Shown here piece by piece: positions 25,688 through 38,246 of a stretch of DNA of 64,000 nt. Under the pieces are notes generated by a model. It was not told the DNA's origin. It saw only the letters and a list, made by a program, of their open reading frames with translations, and did no database searches. The DNA is from Lama glama (taxonomy: Eukaryota): contig CM052832.1 of assembly GCA_028534125.1 (NCBI GenBank), forward strand, positions 15,750,001-15,814,000. The letters run 5' to 3'. Each line of letters starts with the position of its first letter. Position 1 is the first letter of the stretch. Made by a program: the position numbers and the translations under genes.

Positions 25688-27933
25688 TAAAAGGCAGAGA
25701 CTCAGAAGCAAGTGTCAGGGGCACAATTCAGTAGTGAAGTCCTTTTTGGAGGTGGGACATTGCTGGACAATGGAAATATCAGAAATACTTTTTCCCAGTC
25801 AACATGTGGTGTTTGATATCAATTCAGGAGTCCTGTGAAGAAGAAGAAATTAAAAAGAGGCTATATTTCTTTTCCCTCGAGAATCCCAGGAGTTGGAAAA
25901 AAAATTATAGAGACAGTCTGAATGTGGCTTGATGAAAAATGGAAGAGAGTTTCTGGAATTTCCTTCAGCAATGGGGCAAAGTAGTACTCACTGCTTATAC
26001 CCACCCAGAGATGAAAATGGGACCAAGAACTGGGGGCAATTTGGTTCAACTTGAAAAAATGGGACAGCCTCTGAGAGTTTCTCCTCACCCTCAGGGCACT
26101 TCCTGTGTTATCTCCTGAACACAGCTTATTCGTTAAATGCTCCAAAACCCATGGTGCAGTGAAATGAACTACATCCCAAGAAGGAAGAAAGGAGTAGAAG
26201 TACCACCTGTTGGTTGAGGTCCTTGTTGTCCTGAAATGAAAGTGACAGGGAAGACAAATTCAGCCATTAAAAAGTAAAGAACGGTAACATTTTAGAAAAT
26301 TATACAAATGTTTGCACCCCATTCTCCATGTCACTGGGAATTAAAGCAAGGGCCCATTTGTAGATGTCAGCCCACCCCAGCCTTAAAAAAACCACTCTTC
26401 AGAATGGGGTCATCAGCTGGCTCAGGTGTCTTACTGGACCAAGAGCTCATCTAGGCAGCTTCCTCCCTACAGGGCTGTCTTTGCATTTTCAGAATTTGAC
26501 TTCAGTGACCTCTTTTGCTCTGTCGTTTTGCTTTTCTTTTCCAATGTCATCACTGAAGAATAGAATGAGACAGTAGAAAGGCAATACCAACCACTTTCCA
26601 GAAGTTTCCTGCCTCGCCGTCTTTGAAAGTGGAGAATGAAGCTCATTATGAGGGCGATGAGCCCCAGCACAAAGCCCCCAACTCCGGTCAGCATCTTGCT
26701 TCGGGCGGAATCCGACTACACCTCTGAGAAGAACAGATGCCAGGGTCAGCCTCACCTCCACCTGCCGCAACCCCTGGGCCCTACCTGCCACCCAGAGCCC
26801 CATCCACTATGCTGTGGAGGGAAAGGGGAGAGGATAAGGCCCAGCCTGAAGCCACACTGGGGAAGGAGTAAATGTGGAAATCACCCCCAAAGTTCTGGAT
26901 CCCAGAGCAGTGACTTCCACAGGAGGCAATGTCAGCCCATCAGGTCCCAATGTAAGGGACTGAAAGGAGACAGAGGGGAGAGGCTGGTTCCCATGTCTGA
27001 GGGCCGGTCATAAAGGTGGTTACCTTTCTGAGGTTTTCTAAGAAGGAGAGATCCTTAAGGATACCCCAGGGCAGGGATAAACACATGCTGAAATCACCAG
27101 ATCTCCATTGCTCTGAGCCCAGACCACAGTTAGAGGGCTGATGAGGAAAAACACGTGGTGGTATGGCCCCAATGTGTAGTGAGTGGACCCCTAAGCCTGG
27201 AGTCTAGAGGGTCATCAGAGAGTGACTCACTCCACTCCACGGTGACAGGTCTGTCCAGGCTGGGGTGCTCCATGTGGCAGGTGTAGACGTCTCCCTGCTG
27301 AGGGCTCATTTCCAGCATCACGAGGAGCTGGAAGGTCCAGTCTCCATTATGGATCGGGTTGGTGGCCACAATCCCAGCTGTTTCCTCCTGTCCATTCAGG
27401 AATCAGCGGACTTGAATGTGGCCTGGATAGAAATCTGTCACGTGGCAGATGAGCAGGCTGTGGGACTGCAGGGCCTCCTTCTTGGAGGGGGAGACGTTCA
27501 CTTTAGGTGGGACTAGAGGTGCAGAGAAGAGTCTGGTTGTGACAACGGAGACAGCTGAAGCAGCAGTTAGCGATTTTCTTGCCAAGCTGACCTCTCGATG
27601 TTAGAAATAAATATCTCATCCACCTTAAGCTACTTGGAGGCAGAATTTGGGGAACAGAGAGGGAAACACAGAATAAAGTGTTCAAACATTCCAAGAAAGA
27701 CCTCATCAGACACAACAAGGGAAAGAGCAGAGAAGAACAGGAGCGGGTTAAAGTTGACACGCTGTAGCACTTTGGCCAGAAACGTGTAAGCTGGTAACTA
27801 ATATCTTTGAACAGACGTGTTAAACCTGTTGTAAAGCAACTAAAGTTACATTTTCCCATCTGGTTCAAAAGGCTGTGTAACCCTGCCGGCTGTGATCTTG
27901 GAATTAGAATTCGTGCAGCCAATACCGTTCTTT

Positions 27934-28078
27934 TTTTAAAAAACTTTTTTTGGGGAGGTGGGTAGTTAGGTTTGTTCGTTTGTTTGTTGTTTATTTATTT
28001 TCATGGAAGTCCTGGGGATTGATCCCAAGACCTCATGCATGCAAAGCACGCACTCTGCCACTGAGCTGTACTCTCCCC
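27934..28078 (-). mobile_element. tRNA-derived SINE (Vic-1-like) in DPB intron 2
   Basis: Reversed SINE ...ctggggattgatcccaagacctcatgcatgcaaagcacgcactctgccactgagctgtactctcccc; degenerate TSD gccaataccgttcttt/gtcaacagcattcttt. Confidence 0.88.
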
Positions 28079-29854
28079 TGTCAACAGCATTCTTTTGATC
28101 TATCAGTCTGATATTTTAAAAACGAGAGAAGACACGAAGCAGCTTGATTCATGCTTCATTTAATATATATGTCTCTTGGTCTCATCTACCAAAAAATAAA
28201 ATAAAGTTTGGAGGAAGATCCGCAAACTCAATGTTCTTAGCAATTTCGTGTTTGAATAACAGGGAGTCTGGCTCTTTCCCATGCCGCTCTGGTCCCCTGC
28301 TCACCATGAAGACTTTTGATTTCAGACTGGGACCCCCTGGGGCTCTGAGATGAGATGGAGATGGCTCCCCTCCTCTGCGGCCTGAGCCCACCCCCTCCAG
28401 GGTCTTCTCTCCTCCACCAGCCCTCTCACCTCTGCGCTTCAGGGTGAAACCCTTGTCCAACTCATAGATGTGTCTGCACACCGTGTCCACCGCGCTCTGT
28501 CTCAGTTCCAGGAACTCCCTCTGGATGTTCCAGTTCTTGGCAGTTTGGAGCCCCAGCTCCGTCACAGCCACAAACACCCCCACGGCGCTGTCGAATTGGA
28601 CGTACACCTCTCTGTTGTAAATGTATCGCTCCAGGTAGCGGTGCGTCCCGTTGAACTCATAGCAGTCACTCCTCCTCTGGTACACGTACAGCTCTGTGGA
28701 GAGTGAGAGTCCAGGGCAGGGCTGGGAGAGACTCCAACACCCATGAGACGCTCTGCCCACTTTCCCTGTAACATTGAGTGGCTGCATCCAAGGCCATGCA
28801 CTTCCTGTCTTTTGCCTCTTTCCTCTCGAGTCTCCATCCTTGTTCTGGCAGAGTGTCCGGTTAGAGAACTCAGGAGGGTCACTCTGCCTGTCCCGAGAGC
28901 GCTGACCCAGAGCACAGCCAAAATGAAAACTCTGTGTTCACCACGTTCTCAGTCTCTTCTCTCTCCCCTCTCTTCGCCTCACCTCTAGCCTCTGCAGTTC
29001 TCTCTCAATGAGTCAGCAAATCAATACAGTGTTAGTCACTACTGTTGATGTAAAGGTATCCTGGTGACCTTGGATACATCATAGAACCTCCCTGGTCCGA
29101 AGTTTTCTTATCCAGTAAACGGGGGCTTTAACTAAATAATCTCCGAGGTCCTTTCCAGCATAAATCATAAAGAGCATGGCCTCAGGGAACCTTAAGGTCT
29201 AAGTGGGAGACAAGCAGGTGGACGCGGTGTGGGCGCAGTGACAGGTGGGTTCACAGGGGTATGGCAGCGGGATTGCGGGGACGTGTGAAGAGCACCTTAA
29301 ATTTGACGAGAATTGGAGGCCGAGGGAGAGATGAGGGTTCAGAGGAGCTGATGTTTCATCTGGGGTTATAAGGAGGAGCAGAATCTCACCAGAGGGAGCA
29401 GCAGGGAAAGGGAAAGGGAAATTGAGTGAGGTGGTGGGAGACAGGACAGGCCGGCAGTGCTGTCTGCCGTCAGCGCCAGGCCGAGGAGTTTGGGGAGTTT
29501 CCCAACAGGGAGCAGATTTATTAGCCAGTGAGAGGTTTCGTCTGATCTGTGCATTAGGAAGGTCCTCAGTAAAGTGACTGGTGATTAGATTAATGTTGAG
29601 CTGAAAGAAACACAAAGGACAGAACCCTGGTTGGTTCAGAATGGCTCACAGGAACTGCCCTAAGGCCTTAGCCTTACATGCTTGAAAAGAAGCTTTTATT
29701 AACTTAATGCTGATAGTTTCTTCCCACCTTTTCTTTCTCTTGGGAAAGGGAGACAGAAGAAATGGAGTAAATACAAGTTTAAACTCCAGGCTTCTGCTGC
29801 TACCCAGGTAATGTGATGGGTGGAGCCCCAGGGTTTAAGCCGGGATGGTTTCTA

Positions 29855-29968
29855 TAGATATGTATGTATGTGAATAACTGAATCGCTTTGCTGTACACCT
29901 GAAACTAATGTTGTAAGTCAACTACACTTCAATAAAAAGCAAAATTAAAAATAAATAAATAAATAAAA
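29855..29968 (+). mobile_element. L1 3' tail fragment in DPB intron 1
   Basis: ataactgaatcgctttgctgtacacctgaaactaa...ttgtaagtcaactacacttcaataaaaa + A-rich tail. Confidence 0.8.
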
Positions 29969-30004
29969 TTTTGATATGGTGAATGTCATGAATGATGGAT
30001 TTAA

Positions 30005-30119
30005 AATTAAAAAATAATTTTTAAATGAAAGTACTAGGGACTGAACCCAGGACCTCCTGCATGCTAAGCATGCGCTCTACCACTGAGCTACACCCTCCCC
30101 CTGAGCTACACCCTCCCCC
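30005..30119 (-). mobile_element. tRNA-derived SINE (Vic-1-like) with tandemly duplicated 5' head
   Basis: gtactagggactgaacccaggacctcctgcatgctaagcatgcgctctaccactgagctacaccctcccc followed by a second ctgagctacaccctcccc. Confidence 0.88.
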
Positions 30120-31829
30120 AACAATGGAGTTTTAAAGAGGCCACTAGAGCTACAAATCTGTTGCATCCATGAGTTGGATGTTCCCTTTCTACACAATTTT
30201 CTTTATGACCCAGTAGTCACGAGGGCCTTCTCAACAGTTCCAGCTTCACCCAGGGCCTGTTAAGCCAGGTTTTCCTCTTTCATCCCTTTCCATTTCTGCT
30301 GAAAGAGTTGGAGGCGCAAAAAGGAAATGGAGGAATCTTCCCAGCCCATCAGATCCAAGTTCCCTGGATGTCAGATTTCACTCAGTATTGAGTCCCTCGG
30401 CTTTGAAACTGTGCAGGGAGCTCTGGGCCCACCCTCTCCATCCCCCAGGTGACTCTCTCACAGGGTGAGGGGACTCCATCTCAGGGCTCTTACTAACCTG
30501 AATCCAATGATCTCTCCACCTCACCCCACTCCTCCCACCGCCACCCACCACTCTGCTCACTATTCACTGCAAGGGAGCCCCAAGCTCCAATTTCCAATGT
30601 CTTCCTATCAGCGTCTGCCTGCTGCCTGGAACAGCTTCTCCTGTGCCCATCCTGCACTACTCCCCTCTCGCCTCCTGTTGGACATCATCTCATCTCACCA
30701 GCTATTTCCTCAGCCCACAGCCCCTTCCAGCTCGCCAAGACCCAAGCATCTCCATTTCTTCTCTCATCTGTGGACACGGGCTCCACAGCTGAGCCGCCCT
30801 TGTCCAGTTCTGTGTTCACCTGAGCGATAAATGCCAGAAAAATTTCCCCTTCCTTCTGTCTGAGAAATGAGGACAAGGGGATGGTGTTTGAGTAGATGAA
30901 TTTGAGAGTTTTCATTGCTGTTACCCCCAGAAATTGGGGAAGGAGCCTGAGAGAAACTGATTCTCAGGAAGGAGTAGGGCTCGTTTTATGGATGGGGAGA
31001 GAAAGGTTGGGGAATTTTAACATAAACGACTTCACCATTCCAGCACACATGGTCTTGGTGGGGAGCTGGAGGTAGGAGAGGCCATTTCCTGTCTCTCACT
31101 TCCTCTCAGAACCTACCCTGATGTGCTCTGATCTGGTTCCTGATGTGGGGGACAGTCAGCTGCAATAGTTACCCTGCTGGCTTTCCCCACAGCTGGTCCT
31201 CACTACCCTCCTCTGCCCCCCGGCCATTGCTGTTCCTGGGAAGGGTTCCCGTTTGGTTCTGTGAAAGGGGCCCCCACCTGGAGCACTGGTCCTGTAGCTG
31301 GGATCCTGGACAACGCAAACTAAACACAGTTCCCCTTTCCTATCTTTTGATGCTGAAATGTTATCTTGAGGACCCCTCTGTGAGAATCTTGTCCCTCCAA
31401 AGTCATTTCAGACCACCGGGTACCACTGTGTCCAGCAGACACAAACCCTGATCTCTTTCTCTCTCTGATGGGAATCCTGGCCCTTGGATGAATGTCCGAG
31501 CCCCAAAGCCTTTCCCACGGAGGGAGCCCACATGGGGAAAACCCCCAGGATCATTTCCCAGAGCCAGACCCTCCAAGAGCAGCAGCTCTGCACCTACCTG
31601 GGGTGTCTCTGCCCTGAGCCAAAGGGAAGCTCAGCATCGCCAGGGACATCATCAGAGCTGCCGTCCCAGGGGCCCCAGTGACCCAAAAGACCGCCATCCC
31701 GCAGCCTGGGAAAGGACAGGAATCAGAGTCAGAGCAGCTCTCACTCAATGGGCCTCACTCTTAAAACATGAGAGATGGTGAGCCTGACCCCTCCTACATC
31801 CCCTGGGTGTGGCCAGATTCCAAAAAAGG

Positions 31830-31839
31830 AACCAATAAG
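31830..31839 (-). promoter_or_regulatory. Y-box-like (inverted CCAAT) element upstream of DPB
   Basis: Minus strand CTTATTGGTT about 135 bp upstream of the DPB ATG; no convincing X box at canonical spacing. Confidence 0.5.
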
Positions 31840-33408
31840 TAGGAACTGTCCCTTTCCAGGCAGAAGCTTGCTGTCAGGCACATGCTACTTCAAGGTATAA
31901 GATTCATTGAAGGCAGAATAAAGGGAGGGGCCTCTGAGGAACTGATGAATCATGAGGGTCTTTTTGGTTCTGGTTTTTTTTTTCCTTCTGTTCTCCTTGC
32001 CCTGGAGCAGATTGCAGGAATGTCATTCCCGCTCAGTGGTGAGTGCTAATCCCCCTTGCAGGGATGCGGTCTGGGGAAGAGCAAGTCCTAGGCAGTATGT
32101 TAAAGATCTCAGGGGATTAGAGTGTCCACCCAGGACTCTGAATTGGTCCTGGAGTCTGTACCAGCCATCACGTAAGGGGTCAGATGTTCACCTTCCCCTC
32201 ACAGAGGTCCGGTTATAAAGGATGTGGAACAAGGGTCTCTGGGCTTTAATACCAAATAAGGCATGGAAGTAAGTGCACAACTTTGGGCAAATTACTTGTC
32301 CTTAATGGGCCACAGTTTCTTTACTTTGGAAATGGGGGTGGTAACACCTATCTTCTCAGTAACTCTGGGAGGGGTGAAATGAGAACGTACATATAAAATG
32401 CCTTAGAAATGTAAAGATCAGAGAGTTTTTGAAGTACTTAAATCATTGATGAATTGAATAAAATCGTGCATTATTATTTAACTTAGATTTTCTATTAGAG
32501 ACAGGATACATTATAGTAAAGTGGTCAGACACAGGTCAAGAGTGAAATTTCCTGGCTGTGAAGTCCCCTTTCTGCTACTTTCTGGATTTTTTTTTAAAAC
32601 CTGTTATGACTCAAATTTCTTTCATGTAAAATGGAGACTATCATGGAGACCCTGCCTTTGGTTTATTTGGAAATCGAATTGCGATAATCCTTAGCACCTG
32701 CATCTCTTCAAGCAGAGCCTTACACACAGTCAGGAATCAAAGAATGTTAATTATTCTAATGCAAGATTAGTTCAGAACACAAAAAAACTCTTTACCCAAT
32801 ACAACACACTATTTCATCCAATAATACAAATTCTATCATGGCAATATTAAATACTAGAAAAACTTACTATAGTCCCACACCTGTTTACTATGGTTCCAAA
32901 CCCCTCTGTAATAAAACAGAACATATAAAAAATCTACCACTAGATTTCATATGAAGCGACTAGAGAAATTGTTCTTAAGAATAAGATTTAAATAAAATTG
33001 CCTTATATCACCACATTCTTCTATGAAGAAGAAATAAAAAGAGTAATAATTAGAAGTGAACAATTAAATATTGTTTGCCTTCTGTGTGTATGTCTGGAAA
33101 CACCAAAGGATTCCTCTAAGATGATCAAAGGTGTAAAATGGTAAATATAATATCATTTGATAACAGTCAAACGAATTCCTATATGAAACTAAGAATCAAC
33201 ATGAAATTTTGAAAATGTCCATTCACGTAAGTTATTACAAATAAAAAGTATTCAAGGATCAACTTCAATAGCCTATTTCCAAACAACATCACTAAGAGGA
33301 AGGCGATTATAATATCTCCATTTTAGTTTCCTCCTCCTGTCCCCAGTCCCGCATAGGCTGGGGCTTTCTGGGCTGTGTTGGTCCTGACACTGTTCTAGCA
33401 TTTTCTTT

Positions 33409-33450
33409 CCCAGCCACGGAGATGCCCCTTCCGATGTTTTCTGGTTGGCT
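33409..33450 (+). promoter_or_regulatory. Degenerate class II X-Y module upstream of DPA
   Basis: X-like CCCAGCCACGGAGA (33409-33422), 18-bp spacer, Y-like CTGGTTGGCT (33441-33450; ATTGG core mutated). Confidence 0.65.
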
Positions 33451-34338
33451 GAGCCTCATCAAGCTGTTTCATTCCACCCACTTCTCCCTCCACAGGGGTA
33501 GAGAAATAAGTCCTGGATTCAGAGCTCCTCCTTGCCTTGCTTCATTTTCTCCTCACTGTCTGTCACTGCAGATGCACCTTGAAGACACAGGGAGCCAGAC
33601 CAGAGTCATGATCCTTCAAGCCCTCACCCTGGCTGCCCTGCTCAGTCCCCACGGAGCTGGCGCCTTCCAGGGTGAGTACTCAGGGGGCGGGGTGGGGGGT
33701 GGGGGTGACGGCAGCACGTTTTGCAACCCACAGGTGGTGTTTTCTGTCCCGTTTCTCTTCTCTATTCTTTCCCCTCTTTTGTGAGGTCATCTTCTTCCTT
33801 TCAGTCCACAACATAGTAGCTGCTGTTTATTGATAAACACCTGCAAGTGCCAAATCTCCTCTTCGTTTTCACAACAGACTTTTCAGGAAGGCTTCCGTTT
33901 TAGAATTGGAAAGGCTGAGATGCAAAGAGGTTAATAAATGTCTCATGATCCCCCGTCATATCACTGATGAGTGAAGAGCCCTGGTACCTCCTCTTCCCAA
34001 GATTCTCTGTCTCTCTTACATTTCAGAGGTAGACATTTTGAAATGGGAGTCTGCGATGTTTGTTTTTGACTTTTTCCTGGTTCACTCAGTCCTCAACCAA
34101 CTGCATTCTCCCCTTTGTTTTCCCGATCTCTGATGCTGCTCTCAGTGGGGCCGCTAATGGTCTCCAGCCAACCCAAACCCACCATCACCTCTCCATGTGT
34201 GTCTTACTTGTGTTATTAGTGATGTTTGTGATGTGACTGCTTCCTCCTTCCTGAAATTTCCTTCTTATTCCTTGTCTTAGAAGCATACTTCCTCCTTGTT
34301 TTCTTCCTATTCTTTAGTCTTCTCCTTTTCAGTCTCTT

Positions 34339-34886
34339 TTTATTTTATTTAATTTTAAGTTTTTTATTGAAGTATAGTCCGTTGTCAATGTTGTGTCAAT
34401 TTCTGGTGTACAGCATAAAGTTTCAGTCATACATACACATACATATATTCCTTTTCATATTCTTTCTCATTGTAGGCTGCTGCAAGATATTTAATATGGT
34501 TCCTTGTGCTATACAGTAGAAACTTGTTTATCTATTTTATATGTAGTAATTAGTATCTGCAAATCTCAAACTCCGAATTTATCCCTTCTGAACCCCTTTC
34601 TCCCCTGATAATCATAAGTTTGTTTTCTATGTCTGTTAGTCTGTTTCTGTTTTGTAAATTAGTTCATTTTTGTCTTTTTCTTTTTTTTAGATTCCACATA
34701 TAAATGATATAATATGGTATTTTTCTTTCTCTTTCTGGCTTACTTCATTTAGAATGATGATCTCCAGGTCCATCCATGTTGCTGCAAATGGCATTATTTA
34801 ATTCTTTTTTACATTCCATTGTATAAATGCACAACTTCTTTATCTAGTCAACTATTGATGGACATTTAGGTTGTTTCCATGTCTTG
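34339..34886 (-). mobile_element. 5'-truncated L1 in DPA intron 1, inside an older L2-like tract
   Basis: ttgaagtatagtccgttgtcaatgttgtgtcaatttctggtgtacagca...gatggacatttaggttgtttccatgtcttg; TSD cttttcagtctctt (34325-34338)/cttttcagcctctt (34887-34900). Confidence 0.88.
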
Positions 34887-35728
34887 CTTTTCAGCCTCTT
34901 CTTAAATGTCCGTGTTTGCCAGGATGCAGGACTACACATTCAGACCCTGCTATTATGACTTTATACACTTCTCTTGAGTTATCTAATCCAAACTTTTAAG
35001 TTCACTTGCCACGAGGATTCCTGGTCCATGTTACTGGACCGTCTAACTTGAGACCCATTTACTTATTTCATCCGCCCTCGCATCAACTACACTTTGTCTC
35101 CCAGAAATTTAACCCCAGCATGCTTCTAACAGCAGCACATTTTATTTTCTCTCGCTCACTTCTTTATCCTTCTCTACCTTCTCAGTCACTGATGCCACAG
35201 TTCTCCACATTGCCTGCTCATTCTGGATTCCTTCATGTCCTTACTTCTACCCACTGACACCTGTGGCTCGCATCTCTTTACTGCCATTCAAACACACCCG
35301 TTTGTCTCCTTGCCCTCCGCGTTACTGCCTCATCTGCACCCTCATCCCTTCTCACCTGATTGCCCAAGAGCCTCCTGGTCTTGCTTTCAAACCAGCCTCC
35401 TCCAATCCCTCTTCCCTGCTGTTGCCACCTTCCAGTACGGATATGATCATGTTACTCTCAAGTTCTTCCGAGAATTCCCATGGGCTGTGGGATACAATTC
35501 AAATACCTCCAATTAGCACACGAGGCAGAGCACAATACAGCCCCCTCCACATTTCCCTCTTAGCTCCAGCCATACCGAAGGACATGCAGTTCTCCATGCA
35601 TTTTTGTGTCTCTCTCCGCCTGAGCCTTCTTCTCTGGCTAAAAATGCCATTTCCCCCTCCCTCTGCTTTGCTAACGTCAGGTAAATCTCATCTTTGGGAA
35701 ACCTTACTTAAATCTCATTTTGATTTTA

Positions 35729-35875
35729 TTTTTTAAAACTTTTTTGTGGGGGTAGGTAATTGGGTTTATTTATTTTAAAATTTTATTTATTTTTAAATAG
35801 AGCTACTGAGGATTGAGTCCAGGACCTTGTGCTTGCTAAGCACATACTCTACCACTGAGCTATACCCTCCCCACC
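35729..35875 (-). mobile_element. tRNA-derived SINE (Vic-1-like) in DPA intron 1
   Basis: ggattgagtccaggaccttgtgcttgctaagcacatactctaccactgagctataccctccc; TSD cattttgatttta on both sides. Confidence 0.9.
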
Positions 35876-37544
35876 CATTTTGATTTTAATATCCCCTTTG
35901 GCTCCCTTGTAGGATCTTGCGTGTACCTTGTGATAACTCAGCAGTGATCTTTTCTTCGTCTTTCTCATTCTTTGGAGTCCAAGCAGCTTGAAACCAAAAC
36001 CCTCGTCTTCTGAGTTATATCTTTAGAGCTTGAAGATTAAAGGTTTATAGTACATGTTTTTTTTTGGCAGAATGAAAAGTAACATGTGTAAGAGTATAAT
36101 TTACTTAAAAATGCCCAGATCTTTATCTTTAAGAATTTGTGAATATGAGGTAATTTATCCAATTATTAAATAAATAGTGATTAAGCATAGGAATTCAATG
36201 CAGGTAGGATTGCCCTGAGCTTGAAGGAAGAAACATTTGCAGTGTGTTTTAGGTGATGGTTTGAATTTGGATAGAAGAATATAGAGGAAGAATCCAGTGT
36301 ACAGAATTAAGGAGGCAGAAGTTGGAAAATCCATTAAATTATAAACCATTATGTGAATACATAAGGGATATTTTGATTATTGTGCTTAATTTTAGACAGC
36401 ACCATAATCACCCAAATAGTAACTATCATGAATAAGATGCTTGGAAAACCCCAGAAGAATATTTACAGGCATATATTGCATATTTTGTTAACCATAAAAT
36501 ATGCATAGTTGTATAATGAAAAAAAAGAATTTGTGAAAATGATGAAAATGAATTCTCCCAAGGTGAACAAACTACATCTGTGGAGCCCAGCTTGTTCTTT
36601 CTTTTTTCTCTTTTTTCTTTCTGTGGGTGAGTGATTCTCTGACCACTAAAATCAATGGAAATCTGCACGTACTCATGCGTGTCAATGGATTCTGTCACCA
36701 GAAGCATTGAAGGAGAGGACTGATTCTCCACGTGTCGGGAGCTTCCAGGGCAAATCTTTAATTAGAGAGTTAGACCAATGAACCCTGCAATGTCGTTTCA
36801 CCTTAGTACCTCTGCCTTTCTCCACCCCAAATTCTCATTTCTATTGATTCCCTGTAATGCCAATAGACTTTTCTTTGTTGTCAACCTTTTGCTGCTTCTT
36901 ACACACCAGTTAAAATTAAGATACTATCCCATGGGTGTTTTAAATGCAGCAACTTTGATTTCCAACAGAAATCACACTTTAACACATAAATTCAGCAAGA
37001 AAATTTGTGAATGTGTGAATGACGATGACACTTTTATATTTGTTATGCCTAACATGAAAGTTCTGTGGACAAAATTACACAACCAACCATTTTTACCCTG
37101 GAGCTAAGAAAGTAACTTGAAGTTTATGAAAAGAACCAATATGTTTTATTTCTTTCACTATTTAAAACATTTTCTACTCTGAAAGATTTTTACTCTACTC
37201 TCTCCTCTTCCCCACCCTGCTCTATAGCTTTATCACTAATATGATGTCTGGTCCTGTAAGGATTCTGAAATCTTGTGGGACTGGAAGCGGAGGACAAGTC
37301 AATATTGCTTCTATAAGGAGTTGTGTTATCTTGGGACAGTTATCTCATCTCTGTGGTCAGTTACTGAATACGCAAAATAAAGCTTTACCTGCGGGTGTGA
37401 AAATTCAATGAATAAATTATGCACATAGTAAGTCCTCAATAAATATTCTTATTATTGTGTTCAACATTACCATCATACTGGAGTGATGGATGCTTAACTC
37501 TTCAGGGACAAGGGAAACCCCTGAATTTTTTTCCTTTTCATATT

Positions 37545-37803
37545 CTTTTTTTTTTCCACATTGGAGTATAGTCAGTTTACAATGTTGTGTCAATTTCTGG
37601 TGTACAGTGTAACACTTCAGTCATACATTTACATAAATATATTTGTTTCCATACTCTTTTTTATTGTAGGTTACTACAAGATATTGAATATGGATCCCTG
37701 TACTACACAGTATAAACTTGTTGTTTATCTATTTTATATACAGTAGTATCTGCAAATCTTGAATTCCCAATTTATCCCTTCCTACCCCCTTTCTCCCTTG
37801 GTA
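37545..37803 (-). mobile_element. L1 3' end fragment in DPA intron 1
   Basis: ttggagtatagtcagtttacaatgttgtgtcaatttctggtgtacag...caatttatcccttcctacccc. Confidence 0.82.
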
Positions 37804-38246
37804 TGAATTCCCAATAAGTCATTTCTCTCCTTGTTTCCTCCGATTTCTTTCTTCTCCTTACTTTCATTTTGCATTTCTCATTTTCTGTGTTATTCCTTCG
37901 TGATCCTAATAACCCTCCCTTTACCTACCTGCTTCCTGTATTCTGTTCACTGCCCTATGTGTTCACCCATTCTCCAGCCTCCTTTCTTTCTCTTCATGCA
38001 GTGGACCATGTGTCAATGTACGCCGAGTTTGTCCAGACACACAAACCTTCTGGGGAGTACATGTTTGAATTTGATGAAGATGAGCAGTTCTACGTGGACC
38101 TGGATAAGAAGGAAACTGTCTGGCACCTGCCAGAGTTTATTCACGCCTTTGACTATGATGCTCAGAGGGGCATTGCTGACATCGTCATGGCAAGGAAGAA
38201 CCTGAACACCATGATCCAACGCTCCAACCACACCAGGGCCACATCC

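Larger units (their letters stand above)
25819..31697 (-). pseudogene. DPB: MHC class II DP beta chain pseudogene (complete 6-exon structure)
   Basis: Exon1 31697-31598 (100 bp, MAVFWVTGAPGTAALMMSLAMLSFPLAQGRDTP). Exon2 28693-28430 (264 bp, open, DP-type short NGTHRYLERYIYNRE). Exon3 27512-27231 (282 bp, in-frame TGA 27405-27403 replacing W of VRWF). Exon4 26723-26613 (111 bp, TAG 26718-26716, donor GC). Exon5 26230-26207 (24 bp). Exon6 25832-25819 (GLLN*). Lies next to COL11A2 and head-to-head with DPA. Confidence 0.93.

Noticed and set aside
31551..31748. Upstream extension of the DPB leader (MSESCSDSDS...) in the ORF track
   Set aside because: It opens at a non-ATG codon; the ATG at 31697 gives the canonical 100-bp coding exon 1.
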